Of a DNA stretch of 64,000 nt, positions 12,814-25,500 are shown piece after piece. Location of the stretch: positions 930,001 through 994,000 of the forward strand of contig NW_027191456.1 of the NCBI RefSeq assembly GCF_011745625.1. Reading direction: 5' to 3'. The notes beneath the pieces were generated by a model. It was not told the origin of the DNA, made no database searches, and worked only from the letters and a program-made list of their open reading frames with translations. Positions within the stretch are counted from its first letter, which is position 1. Every line of letters begins with the position of its first letter. Source of the stretch: Cladosporium halotolerans (Eukaryota). The position numbers were made by a program, and so were the translations under genes.

Positions 12814-15800
12814 CTAGATTCCACTTGAAGACGTCGGCCTTGAATGAGGCACGCGGCGAGGCTCCTGCATCATCATATCCATGATGAACTCCTGGGCACC
12901 CTCTTGCATCTCTTTAATCTGTGCTTCAGGAGAGTCTCCGCGAATTCTGTATCGCAACATGGCCTTCCGAATACTTTCAACGCTTTGACGCTCGAACGAC
13001 TGATCAGCTCCAGCGCGCCTTAGGCGCTCAACACAAGAGATTCTTCCCAAATCAGAGACTGCATATGATGCCAGACCCAGTGGCGTTGCCTCAAGTCCAA
13101 ACCCATGGTCTTTCAGGTTGGGATCCGCCCCGGCGTCAAGGAGGCAATCAACGATATCTACGTGCCCAAAAATTAAAGCCCATCCTAAGGCAGAAGCCCT
13201 GTAGCCTGTCTTCTGCGGCAGTTGCCTCGGATTAACCCAGTGCGGGTGAGCCCCTTCCTTCAAGAGATACTCGACAATGTCGCGTTTGCCCAGGCAGGCC
13301 GCTGATGCCAGTGCACTTGGGTATTCTTCGATATTTCCGACATTCACGCGGACTTCTTCACGAAGGGCAGCTCCGTGCTCCCTCAATAGCTTCACCATTG
13401 AGATGTTGGCCTTGGGCCCCGAAACTGCCAATGCGAGGGAGGTACCTGGTCCATCTGCATCGACTCTGGCCTTTGCTTTCTTGAGCAAGAACCTCACCGT
13501 GTTTGTGTGGCCTTCTCTTACGGCAAAGTTGACGGAGTTTCCTTGATTCACGTCAAAGCCCCGCTCCACAATTAGGGCGTTGCAAGCGTATGTTGCACCA
13601 GCAGACGCAGCGACCAACAGCAAACTTTGCCTGCGGCTGTTCAATCGTTGCAGGTCAATTGGGAACTTCTTCTCATCGATCCACCATTCCTGCAGGATAG
13701 CTCCCAGGTCGTAACAGCACATTGCCCAGATAGCAGCGTCAGGGGGACTGATCATGCTGTCCAGTTGCTGAACGTCTCGACCTGTTTGGCTGGACATTAC
13801 GATGACGCCGTCTGACTGGTGAAGGTGATTCAGGTCCCGACCAAGATCGTCGAATCCAGCAGCATAGTAAAGTGAGTTGGGGAGACGGCCGTAGTTGTCC
13901 TGCAGTTGCTGGTACCACCGGCGATAAGATTGACTGCTTTCTTCAGGGGAGCCGAGGAATGTCTTCAAGGTTTTTTCTAGAGTGCCATGCTCGCCATCAT
14001 CGTTTTGCGCAGACTTTACATGTCCGAAGAGGTGGTGACGCGCGTAAGCGTGGAAAGGATGCCGGACGTCGAATATCTGCTCCGGGTCTTCTGAGTCCGA
14101 CTCACTGCCTGGGAACGACATCAGAGAGTCCTCCTCCCAAAAGTACTTCAATTCCATTTTCTCGACGTCTTGTTTCGAAGCTCCTCGCTCATCGGCATCG
14201 CGAATTCTTTTGCGCATGATGGAGAGCTGCACGAGCCTGTCAAGTTTCGCCTTCTGCTGCCTCCGTGCATCTACTTCATCGTCAACTCGGACGAAAAGGT
14301 TCAAGCAAGCAGTGGCCGCATGATGCTGTGCCCTTGTAGGTGTCCAACGCATGCGTTTCTCCAGATACTCGCGAACGCTGAGATGAGAGAATCGCCATAC
14401 GCCCTGCTCGCCGTCGATAGCCAGGAGATTCTTGCAAAGGTCTCTCAAATCGCTCTCTTGGATTATGTCATCGAGCACGGGTGAGTCCCCGGTAGGATTG
14501 ACGCGGACAGCCGCGAGAAGCTGTTCGCTAGTAAAAGGCCTTTGCGCGGCCATTACCCAAAGCATGGCGCGCTCCGCGAAAAGCTTCTCCACCTCGTCAT
14601 CGTATTCCTGAATTTGTTGCCAAATTTCCTCGTAGGCCTGTTCCAGTGTCCTTGGAAGGTTGTCGAGTCTCTTTTCAATACTCGTCTGTGTCTTGCAACC
14701 TTCCAGCTGGTCGATCTGCAAGGCCACCCACTGAAACATGCCCTGGCAGTGCTTCAGCAGTTTATCCATGATCTTTGTCTTCATCTTCGAAAAGACGCCG
14801 CTGGTCACGCTCCTGTCCAATTCAGGTATCTTCAGCTCAATGAATTTTTGAATGTCATCGAGGTTGTCGTCTGCGTCTATGGCAAGATTCGACGCCGCTT
14901 TCAGCTCTCGCTCAAACATCGCGTCAGGCCGGCTGGATATGAAGATTTTCGTGCTCCATTTACGCTTAGAGACGAAGCTGTTGACTGCTTCGATAAACTT
15001 GATTTGGTCATCACGTTCTGCAATTTCGTCAAGGGCGTCAATCAATATCGTCGTCTTCGGGTATTCTTCAAGAGTCGCCAGAATTTGATCCTTACACTCC
15101 TCGAAGGAAAGCTCGGTGAATCCTTCTTCTTGCTTTTGCTTCCAAAGCTCATAGAGCTTGATCTGAGTGCCTTCCGGGTTCTTCGAAGTGGTTGAGAGCT
15201 GGCGCACAACGCTTTGCAGAACATGCTTGGCTTCCTGTCTAGAAGGATCCGTCCTGTCGCAGTAGAAGTATGCGAACCCTATCATAAAAGCCAGACATGC
15301 ACTCATACAAGTGCAAGGTTTGTACATACCTTCGTCGGTAGGACTTTCCTGGAGAGGTGTTTCAAGTTGATCAATGACAGCCGACGTGAGATAGGTCTTG
15401 CCAGTTCCGGGAGTCCCCTGAAGCCAGAAGGTGGATGACTCGCTTTGCTTCCAGGTGAGAAAGTCTTTGTGATCTAACAACCACTGGCCTGTGCCAGGCG
15501 ATCTCTGTTTGCTGACTCGAGCATGGTTTTGTCCGAACTTCACTGAAGAAATGAATTCTAACATTTTGATACGCTCAGTGCGCTCCACGTGCTGGAGGAT
15601 CGATTGGGCACCGGCGTCCACGCGCTCCATTGAGCCATTCATCATCTGCAACATCTTGGTCATGTCATCGTCTGACTGCTTGCTTCGTTCTTTCTCCAGA
15701 ACGTCGACATTCTTGAGCATTTTAGATTCTTGATCATCAATCGAAGCAAGACCCCCAGCCACGTGACCTTGCTTCCAGATGGAGTCGACAAAGCGCTTTG

Positions 15801-16673
15801 CACTGGAGCTATCGAACATCTTTGCAGTTTCTGCGAGAAGATCTAGGGCAATCCGGTAAAGCTCGGTAAGATCGGTCGCCAAGTAATTGCGGTTTGCGTT
15901 TTCTGCCAAGCTGGCGTTCTTCAGGTAGACAGTCTCGTAAGTGATGCCGCGATTCATGACGCGAATCACCTTCTCCGTAACTTGGAGCAGAGCATCCATT
16001 TGCTGGCTGTTCACCACGGCCACCTTAACAATGTGTGAGCATTCAAGTATTGAGGAGGGAGCAACGGAATCATACATTCAACAAACCCTTCACAACCGAC
16101 CAAGGAACGGCGGCCTGAGGCGGCGAGAACTGAACAGCTATGTCGCCCGCGGTCTGGATCATGCCAACTATGCTTTCCGTGTACTCCCGGAAGACGATGT
16201 TCTTGCCCGACACGGAGACACTCCATTGCTCTTCCTCAATCTTGGTCTGTTTCGCTTGAACAGTCGTCTTCAGCGCGTCGATGTTGTCTTTGGCATCTCC
16301 AGAGTCTTCATTGAACCCGAGAGTGGACAATCTTTCTTGAACGTCAGGCTCGAGACTGGCAAAAGCTTCCCGCCAGAGATTCTTCTCGCGGGTTTGTTCT
16401 TTCTCCTCGGTCTTAGGCTTCTCGGACCGAGGCTGGTCGATACGTTTTCCTTCCTCACCTGCGTTGTGCTGCTGTGTCGCCTTTGTGTCGGTAGGAGTTT
16501 GCGCGTGCGATTTTTGAGCACTCTTGCCGTTCTGGACTTCCCTAGATGGAGTCGTCTGCTGCTGCTTTACACCACGTCAGCCTTGTTGACACGCAGATAT
16601 CGGATAGGAATGATACCCACATCCTGCTCTTCTTTCGGCACACCGCCACAGCATCGTGATAGCAACCCCACAT
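12814..16673 (-). CDS. Fungal NLR-like NACHT-NTPase with C-terminal ankyrin repeats (5' end uncertain)
   Basis: N-terminal NLWREAF...AAVPWSVV helical domain, GTGQWLL, Walker A GTPGTGKT, Walker B ILIDALDE, FISSRP, GMFQWVALQ, RFSHLSVREYL, several ankyrin-like repeats; introns about 16565-16620, 16024-16075 and 15279-15329. Confidence 0.85.
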
Positions 16674-18171
16674 TCTCGTTTTGGGGCAATTAAGATAATT
16701 GTCGACACACAATGAACCTGTTTGGTTCGGGCGGCGGACCTACGAGAATGGGGTAGACTGGATTGAAAAGAGACGGAGAGATGGATTTATGGACCAAGTA
16801 ACGATTCCAGCCCACAGGCCTTCGCTGGTTAAATTGAACGCTCGGGGATCCTCATCGCTGCCTCGTCACCTTGCAGGACCTAACACGGTAGTGCTGTCAA
16901 GCGAGGTGAGACAGGGACTAAGGTCACTAGGACTCCGAGTTGACGGTGTGATTTTCCGATTGTAAATTCCAAGTATATCTTTAGGTGGCTCAATACTGGG
17001 TCTCTACTGTGGTCCTTGTATCATTGTGGGTCTGATCTGCTTGCGTTAGTACACACAGCATCCGCAGACCCGTCTACTCCACCTGACAGCCACCCGCATC
17101 GACTGAGCGAATATTGAAAAACTCTGTGGGAGCAGTCGATATTTGGGCTGCCTAGTCGCGGACCACCAACGTGATCATTTCGAAGAGAAGTCCGCACCTG
17201 GCTGGACGCCTGTTGGTATTCTGCAAGTCAGCACGATATGTACCATTTCCAAGCAGGTCGCAAGAAAAGCAGTGTGGCACTAGTCAGCTCGGAGAGATGC
17301 CTGGCCAGTCGTCTCGTCTTGATGGTACGAGTTGTCAATCGCCTGACGAAGGCGTGGCTTATCCACAGCTCGCTTGACAGCATCGGCATGCAAGACAAAG
17401 GGAGTCAGTGGAGAAGACAATTCGACGTGCCAACCGGCATCTCCGCCGGTGCCCGTCCCGTGCCCGGTCCCTCTATGCTGGGCCTGCTGGCACCGAAAAC
17501 GTATTGTTGTTGTAGGCTGTCTGGCTACAGGGAGCTGCGGCTGCCTTTCTGGGAATCTCCAGAGACTTGGAGAGCGCTGTGATTGACCAGGACGAAAATA
17601 CCCGAGAGGCCTATCGACATGGGCCCCGCTGGGGGTCGTGCAGCGCACGTCAGACGCTGAACTTCCTTTGCAAATCGAGATTGGTGACGCCGCCCAGCCA
17701 CGAAATTGCCTGGTCGTACTGTACTGGCTATTGCAATAAAGCAGTAGCAAGGTACCGTGTATAGTTCTGCTCCCTTGATAAGGCTGAAGCGTATTGCCTC
17801 GAAGCCTGGGAACCATCGCTCCCAAAGTCCTTCTAGACCTGAAAATTGTGATGGGCCTTTCGATCTAACTGTACCCAGCCATCAGCTTGTGATATTTTGT
17901 TCTTCTGCTATTCCATATCCCATGTTATTCGACAGCCAAGCGAACATTTACGTCCGTTGACGAGCTCGAAGGCAAATTCGTTGTCTCCCATCTCCGGAGT
18001 TCGATGCCGAATGCTGCATGAGCTGTGTTCCTGCCCCACGAAGTCCCCTCCACTTCTTCCTCCCCCAAGAATTTGAACCGTCGTCATCCCAGAAAAAAAG
18101 TGACTGTTTCGCAAAGCTACCACCACAACAATAACAATACGAAAAAAAATATCACGGATCTTCCGCCCACC

Positions 18172-19251
18172 ATGGCGCCCACCGACGTAAAGGCGCTCGA
18201 CGAAATCCTCGCCTCGACCTCCGCCCTCCTCTCACAATTCCTCGCCTCGCTCTCCGACAGCAGCCCCATCCCGTCCGACAAGCGCATCGCGGACCCTCCC
18301 AACCCGCTGCAGGTCTTCGCGGACGCCTCGAAGCTGCTCAAAGCGCACGTCACGAAGCTCTCGCTGCTCGTCCTCAACAAGCCCTTCACGCCCTCCGCCG
18401 TCACGAGAGTCCTGCGCGACCTGTCCACGACTTGCCTGCCGGCGCTGATCAGCGGCGTGCAGATCTGCCAGCAGGAGAAGGCGGTGTGGAGTGCGTTCTT
18501 GGGCCGTGAGGCGGCGGTCAGGACACGGAGGGTTTTCAAGGAGCTCGAGACGCTGCTGGGGGAGGTCAAAAGTGTTGCGCAGGGTGCTGCGGCGGGGTCG
18601 TCGGGCGGCAGGGACAGCTTGAGCGCGACGGGCGTGGTGTGGGAGTCGTGCGATGCGCTGGCGGAGCTGAATGCGCTTGGTCTTGCGGGGCTGGCGGTGC
18701 AGAAGGCGGAGCAGTGGAGGGAGACGATTCGGGATGCGATTGAGGAGTTGCAGGAGTGGGCGGAGGGAGAGGACTTGGAGACTGAGGGGAAGACGGACGA
18801 GCTGCTTGACAGTGATGATGAGGGTGTGGAGGGAGACGACAACGACAGTCTGAACGATTTGTTCAACGCGGCAAACAGTATGCCAGCTGACAGGCCGGAG
18901 CTGAAGGAATTGGTGGAGCAGGCCGTGGAAAAGTTGAAAAAGGTGGAGATTCTGTACAAGGCTTTGGCGAAGAGACGACTGAAGGCGTACAAGGCTGTGA
19001 AGTCTCAAGAAGGGAAGAGGTCAAGCGCAGAGCTCTTGGATGAGATCGCAGACTCGCTCAGCACGTTGCCAGATATGGTTGACGATCTGGCTAGCACTTT
19101 CTACGATCTCGAGGAGGAGCAGGCTAAGAAGGCCTTGAGTGAATGCGTGACGAAAGCTCGCGAAACTGCAGAGCTCGCCCGACTGGATTACGAAGGCAAA
19201 GAAGACGAATTCTCGACGTGGAGCAAGAAGTGGATGGAGGCCATCGGCTGA
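18172..19251 (+). CDS. Cyclin-D1-binding protein 1 (GCIP/CCNDBP1) family protein
   Basis: KAHVTKLSLL, SATGVVWESCDAL, acidic DSDDEG tract, DAIEELQEW; ATG at 18172 in good context (CACCATGG). Confidence 0.7.
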   Translation: MAPTDVKALDEILASTSALLSQFLASLSDSSPIPSDKRIADPPNPLQVFADASKLLKAHVTKLSLLVLNKPFTPSAVTRVLRDLSTTCLPALISGVQICQQEKAVWSAFLGREAAVRTRRVFKELETLLGEVKSVAQGAAAGSSGGRDSLSATGVVWESCDALAELNALGLAGLAVQKAEQWRETIRDAIEELQEWAEGEDLETEGKTDELLDSDDEGVEGDDNDSLNDLFNAANSMPADRPELKELVEQAVEKLKKVEILYKALAKRRLKAYKAVKSQEGKRSSAELLDEIADSLSTLPDMVDDLASTFYDLEEEQAKKALSECVTKARETAELARLDYEGKEDEFSTWSKKWMEAIG

Positions 19252-19418
19252 GCATGATGACCTTGGTCGTGAAAGAAGAAATCAAAACGTTCTGAAGGAT
19301 AGTTACGAAGATTATTCTGTCCCACGAACTTGGGGTATCTCATATGCGCCAGCCGCTAACTTGCTTCTCGGGTCTCATCAGAATGAGAGCTTGAAATTCG
19401 CAAACCTCCCTCGGCTCT

Positions 19419-20058
19419 TTACATGGCCAGGAAGGCAAGACCACCGACAGCGATGGCAGCCATGCTCATGCCAACAGCGCTGTTGGCACCACCCTCGTAT
19501 GCGGCGCCAGAGCCGCTGGGAGAAGCGGAAGAAGAGGTGGTGTTGGAGCTGGGCTTAGCAGAGCCAGTGGAGTTACCGGAGGAGGCGGCCGGGGTCTTGC
19601 CGGCGGCGCAGATGCCCTCCGAAAGAGCAGCGGGCTGGTCGTACTTCTCGCCGTGCTGCTCCAGAACCTTTGTGCAGAGCTTGGTGGAGACGCTGTAGAC
19701 CTCTGTGGATGGTGTGTCAGTACGATGCACGGTGCTGGCTGGAAGTTGAAACAAGAGTTTGACATACTGGCAAGGTCGCTGGTGGTGCACTCGCTGTGGC
19801 ACAGGCACTCAAGAGTGGTCTTCTGGATCATCTCGGCGTTGGCGCCGCACTGGCAGTAGAAGTCGGTGAGGGCGCAGTCGGTCTTGGTGACAGACTCGGT
19901 GAAGCATTGGAGCTATGATCGATGCGTCAGCTAAGAACTTGCGAATACGTTGTCAATTGAACATAACATACAGCGCACTGAGGGATCTCGCTCAGGACCT
20001 CCATCTGAGCAGCGGCGAGGCCGATGACGGCCGAGACGGCAAGGGCGATGAACTTCAT
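19419..20058 (-). CDS. GPI-anchored CFEM-domain cell-surface protein (3 exons)
   Basis: Signal MKFIALAVSAVIGLAAA, CFEM Cys pattern IPQCALQC...TDCALTDFYCQC...CLCHSEC...LC, Ser-rich linker, hydrophobic GPI tail. Confidence 0.88.
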
Positions 20059-22463
20059 GTTGATTATGTGGTGGCGTACGAATTAACCGATCGTAAGTCA
20101 AGATAGCGTGTGCTGAAAGAAGGTGTATAGCGAAAGACAAGGATGAGCTGCAAAGGACAAGGGACGATATGTGCGAGACGACGAGTGACTTTTTAAAACA
20201 GCTCAGCTGGAGCAACGGAGGCACCTCACTCTTCGTTAGACTTCGACTCCACGACAGCCGCAACTCGCACTAAATCTGGTTGATGGAGTCGCAGCAGTGC
20301 TTGGGAGGGCGCTCGCCGTTACAATAGCTCCTCAAACGGATCTTCAGCGAGTAATGGACATGGTCGTCGTCCTCAGCCAGCAGACTTTAGCGTGGCGCTG
20401 CCCCTTTCGACGGTGGATACACAAATCTCAATCACGAACTTGACTATTAAAAAGCAGCATGTCTCTTCTTGCCATGTACGATTCGCAGATGCACTGTACA
20501 CACTTTCAGTGTTCCTCGCCGCTCTTATAGCTATTACTGTCAGAACGCCACTGAGTTGACAAGACGACGATCCGGGCCTGTTCCTGTCGCCGCTACTGCA
20601 TGGTCCGCTGCTTCACCTGCTGCACCATGCCACTAGTCGCGGGGACTACCCACGCCGCGGGGACTATCCTTGCTGAAGATCGCCCGCCGTAGACTAGACT
20701 CTGCATGACAGACGCAGGTGATGCACGATTCATAAGGCCCCTTGAGGCTCTGTCTTTCTGACTGGCGCGACCGTGGAGTTGATCTTCTTGCTCAAGAACT
20801 CGGAGAAAATACTGAGAAATTCGGAGCACGACGCCGATCGGTTGTGAACATGAGGTGTGTTACAATTGACCTGCCGTGTCTGCGGTGTCAACAAAACTCA
20901 ACCAAGAGCCAAAGGGTATATTTTCACTCCACACCTACATCTTCGGAGCAGAAGCCGCGACATTCCTCCCACAATTCGGCGAAGAAGCGCCGTATTCCCA
21001 AACACCAAAGCATCGCATCCAAACCCCTGCCTCCACCTCCAGGCATCCGGACGATCCTAAAGACCCATCAACAAACGGTGATCGTCGAATCTATTGATTG
21101 GCAATGCTGACTTTGTGCATGAACACCGGCAAAGAAGCTGCGGCCAGGATACCGGCAGTCGCAGCGCCGCCGCAGAATCGCCCGCCGCTGAGTAAGGAAG
21201 GTTTGCGCTCAACAAACGCCACAGCAAATCGTTCTGCCGCCGGAGGTCTGGAATTCGGTCGCCCGTGTGGTGTGCGCGTTCTCCTGGTTTTGGAAACTGC
21301 TTTTGTGTGATCGCCCAGCTCACATGCTCACGTAAGTCTGTCCTGAAACGCTGTTGTCTGCAGCCCTCGTCGACCCGTTAGGGCACGCAGATTGCCCCGA
21401 AGCGTCAACCTTAACACTACGGAGATTTTTCGCTGCCGGACATTTCGTGTCAAGGTAAACACCTGTCCGTTCGTCGCAGCACGTGAAGCTGCTCTCATCA
21501 AGGTGGGAATGTTGCTCCTAAAATCTCGCTCCAAACATACCGTGACACACGTCTCCCCCGACCGCACCACGCCCGCACGTCCGACACATGAAAACCATCG
21601 ATAATGGAACATACAGCTATCCTCCCCGAGTTTACTGAAAATACGAAGGTCTCCTCTCCAATCATCTGGCGCCTCCTCCCATGTCATCACCCACGCCCCG
21701 GCCTGCCTCCCCGAAGCCCAAACTCCAAAACCCTACTTGCCCTTACACACCAACCCTAACAACCCCGACTTCTCACCCGTAATCTTGTCCACCTACCCCG
21801 TCGAACGCGGCACATATCTCTTCCGCTAGGGAGTTCACTGCTCCCGCGATTGCCGAAGACGAAGAAGTCATCTTCCTTCCGGCAGCGTTCGTCGTGTGTT
21901 TGTCCAGACGTCGCTGTACTCCATCCATCTCAGTCGGCCCGTACAAATGCCATCCGACCGACACAGATAACGCAACGACAATCAAAACCGGAACAGCGTG
22001 AAGCGCAACCCTTCTGTGCTTGTTTTCACGTCGACTTCGAGCTGCTACGGATGCATTGACAGTCGTTGGATCAGGGCATTCCACAACTAGGGGTTGCTCC
22101 CTCGAGCCGGGCGGGTGTTTTCCAAGCAAGACCGAAATCGAAAGTGACAGGTCGGCATGAGAGATGTGCACCTTGTAAATACCCAAATACTCTAAACAAC
22201 AAACAGTATACTCTCAATCTACCCTACTCTATTCTATGATATAACCTCAAGCTCAAAAATGAGCGGACCGAGCGATACAAAAAGCAAGTATTTACAAACA
22301 CGCGATGTGAACCAAACAGAACGCAAGCCTCTAAAAACTTCATCAAAACGAACAAACAAACAAACAATTTCGACAAAAATAAAACGCCGGATATATATAA
22401 AATAACAGTAGAAAACACAAACAGCAATGCGCCAGAGACCGTGGTCGTGGTCGTCATATGCAC

Positions 22464-22494
22464 CTCATCTCATCTCATCTCATCTCATCTCATC
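22464..22494 (+). repeat. (CTCAT)6 microsatellite in the FAS1 3' region
   Basis: ctcatctcatctcatctcatctcatctcatc. Confidence 0.85.
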
Positions 22495-22545
22495 CCACCA
22501 ATCCGTCCATCCTCGCATCCTCCCATCTCAAACACAAACACACCC

Positions 22546-25500
22546 TTACTCAACCTGCGTCCTAACCGCCTCGCTGCCCGCCCTCGGCCTGGTGGTGCTC
22601 GGCTCATCGCTCTCGTACTTCTCCCAGTTCGCCAAAATGTTGCCGATGCGCGGCGACGACGTCAGGCGGTAGACGTCCTCGAAGTACTCCTTCGTGAGCT
22701 CGAAGGGCCGCGCCGTGACGTTGGGGATGTACTTGCCGACGAGCTTGCCGGGGTCGATGGAGGTCTTGTTGATCTTCTTGAGCAGGAAAGAGCGGAAGGG
22801 CTTCACGCCGGAGCGCAGGAAGGTCGAGTGGAAGGGGACGTCGATGCCCTTGAGGGGGATGGTGGCGAAGCCGCGCTGGAGCTCGAGGGGCTTGGGCTTG
22901 GCTTCGGTTTGCTTGGCGCACTCTCTGATGATGGAGGTCAGGTGGGCCTTGACGTCCTCGAGCGAGATGGTCTGCATCAGCTGCTGGATGTCGATCTTCT
23001 GGGCCTTGAGGTAGTTGAGGACGTTGGTGAGGCAGTCGAGGGCGCGCAGGTCGCCGGCGCAGACGTACTGCGAGTTCTCGACGTTGAGGTTGACGATCTC
23101 GAGCAGCCAGGTGGTCGTCTCGGCGATGTTCTCGACGACGTACTGCAGGGCCTGCTCGGTGAAGGTCTTGCTGATGCGCGACGGGTTGACGGCGCACATG
23201 GAGTAGTTGGAGCGGCCGGCCTCGTCGCGCTCGACGGCGACCTGCATGGTCAGACCGCGGTAGAAGACGACGGAGACGAGAGACTCGATCGGCATGACCT
23301 CGGCCATGGCGGCCAGGGCGCTGTACTCGCCGAGCGAGTGGCCGGCGAAGCTGCTGTCGCGCTGGACGACACCCTTGTGACGCATGTCCTCGAACGAGGC
23401 CTTCTCCATAAGAGTGAGGGCGGGCTGAGTGAACTGCGTCGCGGAGAGGAGACCGGTGGGCGAGCGGTAGGTGTAGGAGCTGGTGGTCTCGTTGATCTCC
23501 TTGAAGATCTTCTCGGACTTGATGCTGCCGTCGGCAGCCACCGTCTCGAAGGTCATGGCCATGTAGTTCTGGCGGATGGCCTTGCCACGAGCGCCACCGA
23601 AGTGGATGGTGAGCTCGTTGGGGTTGTTCCTGACGATGTTGGTGATGGCGAAGCCTGGATGGAGGATTAGCTAGTGTTACATGTATTGAGAGTTTGAACG
23701 ACGACTTACCATAGTTGTCCAAGAAGTGCTTGTCGGCACGATCCCAGACCTCAGCCGCGACCGGGCTGCTCTCGTAGAGATCCATACCCATACCCTGCTC
23801 CTGGGAACCCTGGCCAGTGAAGACGTAAGCAGACACGGGCTGCTCGATCTCCGCCTCACCGAGGAGGACCTTCTCCTCAGTCTCAGCCTTAGCGGCCTCG
23901 ACCTTGATGATCTTGCGGCCGGAGACCATACCGATGTGCTGGAGGGTGACCTCAATGCTGTCATCGGGAAGGACCATGCCGACAAGGCTGGCGTGGAAGC
24001 TACGCACACGACCGACGTTGTTCTCCGCAGCCCAAGTCTCGACGAGGGAGCGGACAGCAGCGCTGGAGTACATGCCGTGGGTGATGGTGCCAGGCAGGTT
24101 GGCGTACTTGGAGAAGACACGAGAAACGTGGATGGGGTTGTAATCTCCAGAGACGCGAGCGTAGGTCTCGTTGGAGGCGGGAGCCTTCAGAGACAGAGGG
24201 GTCTTGCCGTGCAGCGGGATGGGGTTCTCGAAGTGCACGGGCTGGTCGAGAGAGGTTCCGTTGCGGCTGAGGTAGTCAAGGACCGGGTTGCCGTAGGATG
24301 CGCCCGCCTCGTACTCAACGGAGGCGACCTGGATGATCTCCTTCGTGGGCAATTCGAGCTCGACCTTACCGATGGTCTGCACAGAAGAGAAGACAGTCTC
24401 GTTCTTGTACCTGTTGAGAGTCTGCAGCTTGAAGACCAGAGTCTGGCCGAGAAGCTCGATGTCGGACTCCTCCAGGCGGAACCATTCCTTGGACTGAAGG
24501 ACGGCGATGTCCTTGGTAGTCTCGAGGTGGACCTGGACGGGAGTCTCCACCTTGCGCTGGAAGGTGTTCTCGTAGTCGGTGTAAGTGCCACGGTACAGGA
24601 ACTGAGAGGTGACCTCCATGACGGGCTTGCCGTCACGAGTGATGGTGCCGCAGACCTCGACCAGCTTGCCAGAAGCCTGGTTGATGACGGCGTTGACCTC
24701 AGCGGTGGTGTCAAGGACATCACCCTTCTTGAGCGGCGTCGCACCAGGGAGCATGCGGAAGCCGTTGGAAAGGTGGACGAGCTTGAGAAGGTCACCATCA
24801 ATCTTGCGCGGGAAGATAGGCTTGGTGATGGCCTTCCAGCCAACGACGATGGCGAAGTCCATGGGGGCGAAAACCTCCTTGCCGGGCCTGTCAACGAACG
24901 CCTCGCCGGTGTTGCCGACAGCGTGGACGAAGTCGTTGATGGCCTCGCTAGTGACGGTAGCCCTGCCACCCTCGAAGCGAGAGGTGACCGGGGTGTCGAA
25001 GGGAACAGCCTCATCACCGAACCAGATGCGGTAGTAGAACTCCTTGACGCGGTCGTTGCGAGCATCCATGACCTCGCGAATGGGAGCGTAACCAGTCTCG
25101 GGGTGGTAAGTGAACTTGAGCGTCAGAGCGACAGGCTTGCCGGAGGCGGTGCGGTCCTCGATCATCTTGACGACAATCTCGTTGTTCGCCATCGGGCCGA
25201 CCTCGATGGTCGGGACGTACTTGCCGTGCGACGGCTCCTTGACGGTGACAACGGTGCGCTTGGGGTCGTCGGGGTATGTGATCTCGACCAACATGCCCGG
25301 GGTGGGGGCAAAGATGCGGTGCATCGGGTTGGTCTGGAAACGCTGGCCCTGCACGAAGACATCGGCCGTGAAGAAAGCGTGGCGCCATGAGATGCTGCGG
25401 CCAGCAAGGATCTGCATCCAGTTGTTGACATCCGGGAGAGCGGAGCCAGAGGCGGCGGAAAGACGGAGGATGGTCTTGTTGTCAATCTCCGAGACGGTCA

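Noticed and set aside
16700..18100. Possible NLR partner effector or ncRNA upstream of the NLR
   Set aside because: No recognisable HeLo, gasdermin or amyloid-motif ORF, and no snRNA, SRP or RNase P/MRP signature seen.
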